DNA of 41,013 nucleotides, taken from the UHGV virus genome UHGV-1836508, one strand, 5' to 3'. The position numbers were made by a program, and so were the translations under genes. The stretch's first letter is position 1. Each line of letters opens with the position of its first letter. Below the pieces are notes generated by a model that was given only the letters and a program-made list of their open reading frames with translations, had not been told where the DNA came from and searched no databases. Below are positions 36,309 through 41,013 of this stretch, in pieces. Source of the DNA: a virus.

Positions 36309-36683
36309 TTACCACCAGGCGCAGAAGGTCAGTCTGTTATTGTGAAAGTCGTGGTTCTTAATCAGATCTTCCACAAGCTCTTTCAACTCCCCCACATCAT
36401 GCCAGTAACCTTCATCGTACTCCTGACTGCCGAAGAAAAAACCTTCCCGGGTAGGCAAGTACTCTTCGCAATTACTTTCGTTTATGTGCATCAAATGAGC
36501 CTTCAGAAAACAAATGTCATTCATCGTTAATTCTAAAAGCTCACAATTTTCGACTTCACCTACGTTGCGCTCCATCCACCCAACGAGCGCATTGAACTTA
36601 CGGAAGTAAGCAACCCGCTTTCTGGATGCCTCGTTATTCAGATCGTTTTTAGGCTGTGTCTCGATATAGATATCAAGTCCCAT
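36309..36683 (-). CDS. hypothetical acidic early-cassette protein C (124 aa)
   Basis: ATG at 36683 with SD AAGGAA; track start 36725 is GTG without SD. Confidence 0.55.
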   Translation of the reverse strand: MGLDIYIETQPKNDLNNEASRKRVAYFRKFNALVGWMERNVGEVENCELLELTMNDICFLKAHLMHINESNCEEYLPTREGFFFGSQEYDEGYWHDVGELKELVEDLIKNHDFHNNRLTFCAWW

Positions 36684-36737
36684 GATGGTTTCCTTATTAA
36701 GTTGCTTCAGTGAAATCATTTTCACAAATCAGATAAG

Positions 36738-36760
36738 GCAGAAAACAAATTGTTATCGGG
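36738..36760 (-). promoter_or_regulatory. conserved leader/operator element upstream of gene C, in inverted orientation
   Basis: Plus strand gcagaaaacaaattgttatcggg. Confidence 0.4.
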
Positions 36761-36768
36761 CTTAATAA

Positions 36769-36791
36769 AATGGCGCGGTTTACGCGCCATT
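36769..36791 (-). terminator. intrinsic terminator after gene D
   Basis: AATGGCGCG-gttta-CGCGCCATT then TTATT on the minus strand. Confidence 0.65.
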
Positions 36792-36800
36792 TAAAGAGGA

Positions 36801-37196
36801 TTAAGCGAATACGCTTTCAGGGATTAAGGTGTCGGCAGGAATGCCAGAGGTAATGCGCAGGCCGTACTGACCAATCCAGGTAGTGTTGGTATTCAGGTTG
36901 GAGGCGAATACGGTGTTAACCATATTCATCATGGTTTCAAACACCTCTTCATCAACCTGGCGGAAGTAGTTCTCGATTTTCAGCAGCAGCGGGTCAGTTG
37001 CATCGAGAATGGACTGGTATTGAGTCGCGTACTCGCCGTCGGAGGCATCACCTTTACGCACGATCGTACTGGCCTGGACTTCGGCACCAGTTTCGGTGTT
37101 GTACGTAACAACGGTGATTTTTGCCACATTCTTACCTTCGGCGGTTTCAGAGGCATAGTAAACATCAACTGTCAGTTTTTCGCGTTTAACGGTCAT
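36801..37196 (-). CDS. hypothetical 131-aa early-cassette protein D
   Basis: ATG at 37196 with SD GGAGAG; own sigma70-like promoter. Confidence 0.55.
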   Translation of the reverse strand: MTVKREKLTVDVYYASETAEGKNVAKITVVTYNTETGAEVQASTIVRKGDASDGEYATQYQSILDATDPLLLKIENYFRQVDEEVFETMMNMVNTVFASNLNTNTTWIGQYGLRITSGIPADTLIPESVFA

Positions 37197-37228
37197 TTCA
37201 CTCTCCGTAGTGTTTTGGTTATTTTTAT

Positions 37229-37257
37229 ATTCTATGATCGTAGGTATGTACTTACAA
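37229..37257 (-). promoter_or_regulatory. sigma70-type promoter for gene D (TTGTAA - 17 bp - TAGAAT)
   Basis: Hexamers read on minus strand; -35 lies within a GTAAGTAC motif. Confidence 0.5.
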
Positions 37258-37266
37258 TACAAAAAA

Positions 37267-37289
37267 AGCCCCGTAAGGATGGCGGGGCT
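37267..37289 (-). terminator. intrinsic terminator after gene E
   Basis: Minus strand AGCCCCGCC-atccttac-GGGGCT followed by TTTTTTT. Confidence 0.8.
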
Positions 37290-37323
37290 GTCGTACTGTC
37301 GACTAATTACCACTTGCACATTA

Positions 37324-37635
37324 TCAGGCTATTGCCATCACTGATGCTCTCTGAATTTCTTGCTGGGCCACGCGGTTAACTTCCATCAAAGCCAGTTCGA
37401 GCTGATGTTCCGGCCACATTCTTTGAAATGCCATCCAGCCTTTTCCACGCTGGCGACGAACATTCATTACATAACGAGTAAAGGTGTTTTTATCGAAAGA
37501 CACCGCTGTTTCACGGAACAGACGAATAGAGGTTCCATTGGCAACGATGTCCAGCAAAGTTAATTGAGCAACCAGCGCAGGCTTCTCTTTTCTCTTCTGG
37601 TCTTTGTCCAGACCAAGAACCAATGATTTTTTCAT
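37324..37635 (-). CDS. small basic early-cassette protein E (103 aa; possible nucleic-acid-binding regulator)
   Basis: ATG at 37635 with SD GGAG; Lys/Arg-rich. Confidence 0.5.
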   Translation of the reverse strand: MKKSLVLGLDKDQKRKEKPALVAQLTLLDIVANGTSIRLFRETAVSFDKNTFTRYVMNVRRQRGKGWMAFQRMWPEHQLELALMEVNRVAQQEIQRASVMAIA

Positions 37636-37646
37636 CACAACTCCGT

Positions 37647-37681
37647 AAACAACTTGTTTTCTCAATGGCGTAAATAATACC
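37647..37681 (-). promoter_or_regulatory. -10-like TATTAT plus conserved leader element for gene E
   Basis: Minus strand GGTATTATttacgccattGAGAAAACAAGTTGTTTAC. Confidence 0.45.
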
Positions 37682-37789
37682 AGTAAGAAAACGGCTACAA
37701 AGCATATTGATCAGGCGCATGAGCGATATGCAGGTTCTTCCCTGCGGCTACAGATTAAGTTAAGCCAGCATTGCTGGCTTTGGTTGGGA

Positions 37790-38119
37790 TTACGCGATTA
37801 CCTCAAGAAACTCCTGAACGTCCCAATGCTGGACGAGGTGAAGATAGACCTTAGAAATCACGTCATTTTCGCTATCGCATGTGAAGTAGTACTTCTGGCT
37901 GCGGTTGTATGTGTCCACACAAAATTCGCTCATATCCATAAAGTCAGCATCTTCACCCATGTCGCAAATCATCAAAGCAGGTGCGTCATCACGAGTCATC
38001 AGCTCAAGCACCCACCGCGAATTGATCAGAGTGGAAGACCAACCTTCTAACTCATAAAACTGATCAAACTCTTTTTGAGTTAATTTCTTGATTTGGTTGA
38101 TGTCGATATTTGCAAACAT
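37790..38119 (-). CDS. small strongly acidic early-cassette protein F (109 aa; paralogue-like to B)
   Basis: ATG at 38119 with SD AAGGA; net charge about -15; EDADFMDMSEF segment resembles gene B. Confidence 0.55.
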   Translation of the reverse strand: MFANIDINQIKKLTQKEFDQFYELEGWSSTLINSRWVLELMTRDDAPALMICDMGEDADFMDMSEFCVDTYNRSQKYYFTCDSENDVISKVYLHLVQHWDVQEFLEVIA

Positions 38120-38132
38120 AAAGCAATCCTTA

Positions 38133-38165
38133 AACAACATGTTTTCTTGATGGTGTTATTATCGC
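38133..38165 (-). promoter_or_regulatory. -10 GATAAT plus conserved leader element for gene F
   Basis: Minus strand GCGATAATAACACCATCAAGAAAACATGTTGTTTAAGG. Confidence 0.5.
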
Positions 38166-38479
38166 AATAACGCACAAGCGAAAAAGGATTTTATTCCGGT
38201 GAATGTGGTTTTGGCAGTGAGTTTTCAGGTTCAGTACCGAGAACACTTTTTACATTATTCTGATTTAGTGGCCGAAGGTGGCTGGTGGGCAGAATAATCC
38301 TCTCCCCGAAAACCTACTGAAATCGATTGTGACCCGTTGGCTGTCTGGCACAATTACGCTGTAGCTGGGCATTCAGAGGGAATCCAGCGGTAAGTAAGTT
38401 CGCCTGCACGTGAGCGTCTCTCTTCTTCCCGCACATTACAGGTGGGTAGCCGCAACTCTCCCTCTCGCTATACCGGTAC

Positions 38480-38662
38480 GCCGCCGTTCCTGAACCGGCA
38501 TCGAGCCTTTTCCCGAAATCCACACAGGCAACTCGACCGTTTCCCTGAAAATCCCCAGCCGTTCCCCGAAGGCAATCCAGCCGTTTCTGTAGCGGGATGC
38601 AGCCTTTTCCCTGCGGCGACGCTCCCGTTCCTGAAAATGGACATAGCCTTTTCCCTGGATGG
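38480..38662. repeat. iteron array 2: eight direct repeats of (A)GCCGTTTCCCTGAAAA-type units at 20-23 bp spacing
   Basis: Copies start at about 38484, 38504, 38537, 38557, 38578, 38601, 38624 and 38645; the region has only low-complexity ORFs. Confidence 0.8.
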
Positions 38663-38699
38663 CCCGAAGGCTGACCGAAGGGGTGGAAATAGGCGTTAC

Positions 38700-39690
38700 G
38701 GGGGACGAAAATTATGGCTTGAATTTATACGAAGAAAGTAGCGATACCCCTCCTTCCCTTCCCACTTATACCTCCCACGAATTTTCTCTCTTATGTGGGC
38801 ATAAACCTTCCCTCTGATAACGCTCTATACGGCGAGTATTCCTTTGGGTGAAATGGGTGGTTTGTTCTTTCTACCGGCATATGTGGTTTCGTTCTTCTTG
38901 AGGTGGTTCTTCTCTGTGTTTTCGTCTGGGTTGTTCTCGTCGTTTTGGTGACTGTTCTTCTCCGTGTATGGAGTAATGGCAGGTGGGCGATTGCTTTCGT
39001 TATTGTGTTTGAGTTGTTTGTCTGGAGTGCGTGAAGGGCTTTTGTAGTTATTCGTGTATTGGGTAATGGCGTTTCCCGTGATTGTTATGTTTCGTGTCTT
39101 TTGGGATTGAGAGAAACCTTGCGGTTACAGGCTTCGTTGGGGTTTCAGTGATTCTGGTGTTTCTTCGCTGTTTGGGTAATGGCGTGTCGTGGGTATCGCG
39201 CGTATGGAAGTTTCGAATTGCCTGTGAAAGTTAGGTTGGTTGTCCGGTAGCCTGGGAAGAAGAGGTGGGTCTTTTCGGTAGCCTGCCATAAAGAGGTTGG
39301 TTGTTTTTGGTAATGGCATATGTGTTATTTAGTTGTTTTGTTATACCTGAAAATAAGTTGTTTATATGGTTGTGTAACGCAACGGGAGCGATTTTGAGCG
39401 TGTGTTTTTGTTGGTAGTGTGTTGAGTCGTCTGTGGTGAAATTTGGACGCTGTGGCGCTATCTGCTGCGTGGGATTACGGGTATAAGAAGTGATGTGTGA
39501 AAACGTCAATTTTTTAGACCAAATCGGGTGAAAGCGTTGACATTTCGTTGATCTGTTGTTCAGTTGTTTTCTTATTGGTATAAACAACTATAACCTATTG
39601 ATATTTAAGGATGTGATTGCAGGTATAGAATGGGGGTAGTGGCGATCAACGGATTCTTATAGAAAAGAATCAAATTGTGACCGCCATTAT
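38700..39690. other. ~1-kb GT-rich (plus strand) non-coding tract with dispersed GGTAATGGC repeats
   Basis: No plus-strand ORF of 60 aa or more; minus-strand ORFs are low-complexity with TTG start; GGTAATGGC-like motif at about 38965, 39063, 39175 and 39309. Confidence 0.6.
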
Positions 39691-39697
39691 CAATGTT

Positions 39698-40432
39698 TTA
39701 CTTAGTTTTGTTTAGCAGAGAGAGAATTTCATCACTAATTTCACTCGCCTGTTTGATAGCCAATGCAGTTACCTCTTCTATGGTTGGTGACTGTTGATGC
39801 TCATGTTTGGTTTCAGTTATGACAATGTGTTCTTCACCTGAATTTGCGCATAGTGCCGCATTGACTATAAGGTTTGAGTAAGAATTTAGCAGAGCACTGT
39901 TGATAAACGCTTTCACGGTATTACTGTCTGCACCAAATACATCTTTTCTGACCGCTTCAGCCTCACAGCGAACCCCTGCAGCAACATCGTGAAGAACATG
40001 TATGGCCTTGGGGCTTGTTTGTTCACAGTACTCAATCATTATTGTCGAATTGTTCTGTTCAACAAATGATCTGATGCCTGACGATTCACCCATAGCATCG
40101 AAGGCAGCGTGACCCGCACTAGTAGAGATATCTTCATAGAGTTCTTCATCGCTATCTTTTTCTTCAGGTGTCGAGGTGTCTTCATCGTCGTAATAGATAT
40201 TGCCTTTAATCAGTGTTTTGGACACTTGATATAAACAATAAGAGACAAGATTTAAGCATTGGATTTTAGCTGTATTGTCCTTTGTCGCCTCGCTCTTCAG
40301 TTCTTTCGCTTCTTCAGTAAGGCTGTTGATAAGACTTTGTATTTTTTCCAACGCGTTAGGTGCACACTCAGCGTTGTCCATAAAGAATTTATAACCAGTC
40401 CCAGGGATTTCTAAACTTTTCAACTTTTTCAT
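39698..40432 (-). CDS. hypothetical 244-aa protein
   Basis: ATG start with SD-like AGGAT upstream; acidic central region; no motif recognised. Confidence 0.55.
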   Translation of the reverse strand: MKKLKSLEIPGTGYKFFMDNAECAPNALEKIQSLINSLTEEAKELKSEATKDNTAKIQCLNLVSYCLYQVSKTLIKGNIYYDDEDTSTPEEKDSDEELYEDISTSAGHAAFDAMGESSGIRSFVEQNNSTIMIEYCEQTSPKAIHVLHDVAAGVRCEAEAVRKDVFGADSNTVKAFINSALLNSYSNLIVNAALCANSGEEHIVITETKHEHQQSPTIEEVTALAIKQASEISDEILSLLNKTK

Positions 40433-40477
40433 TTCTTTGATAATCCTAAAAACAAACTACCAATGCTTTAATATCTG

Positions 40478-40777
40478 TTACCAGTTCCAGCACTCAAGCC
40501 CTTCAACAACCGGTGCGCCACAATCAAAATGTACAGAGTCAAAGCCTACATCAAGTACCTTCTGAATGTTCGAAATCGCGCCCTCGGATATACCATATCG
40601 ACGCAAGTTATCTTTCCAGTCATCGTCCTGTAACCCGGCGTGAACTATGCAACCGTACTCAATTTGTGAAACCCAATCCAGCTCATTGCTTGCGATCATG
40701 AATCGGCGAGCATCTTCCTCTGATGTATGAGATGAACTGATCAATGCCACCTGGTAGGATTGAGTAATATTTAACAT
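40478..40777 (-). CDS. hypothetical 99-aa acidic protein
   Basis: ORF overlapping the upstream gene stop; no motif recognised. Confidence 0.5.
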   Translation of the reverse strand: MLNITQSYQVALISSSHTSEEDARRFMIASNELDWVSQIEYGCIVHAGLQDDDWKDNLRRYGISEGAISNIQKVLDVGFDSVHFDCGAPVVEGLECWNW

Positions 40778-41013
40778 CCCCTCTCCCCGTTTGGAAACAA
40801 CTCATTCGCCGTAGTGGATATAACCTCCCAATTAACGCCGACATCAGCGTTATGGCATTGTCTGATTTTTTGCATCACCTGTACGCATTGTTCATCAGTG
40901 AGATCTGTCCTTACTTCAGCAATATCTTCTTTGTGCCACATAACCATGAGTAAGGGTTCGTCTTCTGGATAGTTTTTCAGTTTCTCGATGATTTCTTTTG
41001 CTGTTCCAAACAT
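40771..41013 (-). CDS. hypothetical 80-aa acidic protein (start at or beyond window end)
   Basis: ATG exactly at the window edge; the upstream region is not visible, so the N-terminus may be longer. Confidence 0.45.
   Translation of the reverse strand: MFGTAKEIIEKLKNYPEDEPLLMVMWHKEDIAEVRTDLTDEQCVQVMQKIRQCHNADVGVNWEVISTTANELFPNGERGC

Noticed and set aside
34759-38662. CRISPR array interpretation of the CCGTTTCC repeat clusters
   Set aside because: Repeat units are about 14-17 bp and imperfect with about 5-10 bp between them, far from CRISPR repeat-spacer geometry, and no cas genes are present.
38314-38741. ORFs 38442..38741 (+) and 38314..38523 (-) across the iteron array
   Set aside because: Pro/Arg/Phe-rich low-complexity translations generated by the direct repeats themselves, with no RBS; treated as non-coding.
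39125-39587. Minus-strand ORFs 39125..39319 and 39231..39587 in the GT-rich tract
   Set aside because: TTG start, Gln/Asn/Thr/Pro/Lys-rich low-complexity products from CA-rich sequence, and the 5' end overlaps a promoter/leader-like motif; more likely non-coding RNA or spacer than protein.
38700-39690. tRNA or other canonical structured RNA gene in the GT-rich tract
   Set aside because: No GTTCGAATC-type T-loop with matching acceptor stem could be found; the only TTCGAAT (about 39221) lacks the surrounding pairing.
1-41013. Integrase, repressor, lysis cassette, reverse transcriptase (retron/DGR)
   Set aside because: No ORF in the window shows recombinase, CI-like, holin/endolysin or RT motifs, so nothing can be said about lysogeny; such genes may lie outside the window.

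Overview
This window is about 41 kb of a tailed (siphovirus-type) phage or prophage genome, almost gene-saturated. All calls are from motifs, synteny and composition read by eye; no database search was run. Positions 1-28.8 kb form one minus-strand morphogenesis block, read right to left: a tightly coupled ParB-ParB-ABC ATPase-GNAT-wHTH operon, terminase small and large subunits, portal, scaffold, major capsid, an Ig-like decoration protein, head-tail connector proteins, major tail protein, G/GT chaperones (putative -1 frameshift), tape measure, lambda-like M-L-K-I-J tail-tip genes, a lambda Stf-like side tail fibre with Ala-rich repeats, and a second fibre gene with an intramolecular-chaperone motif that runs off the window start. 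From 28.9 kb the plus strand carries an SF2 helicase and then an AT-rich island of small accessory genes (including a lipoprotein and a protein with two Rof-like repeats), each with its own promoters and terminators. Between 34.4 and 39.7 kb, two arrays of CCGTTTCC-type iterons bracket a cassette of six small early-type genes (several strongly acidic), most sharing a conserved partly palindromic leader element, followed by a ~1-kb GT-rich non-coding tract. Three more small minus-strand genes occupy 39.7-41 kb. The most likely candidate for a previously undescribed system is the five-gene ParB operon upstream of terminase, but I cannot establish novelty from sequence alone. No integrase, repressor, lysis, tRNA or CRISPR features were found. 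The lambda-like tail module and lack of lysogeny genes would fit a virulent T1-like coliphage, but that is unconfirmed.
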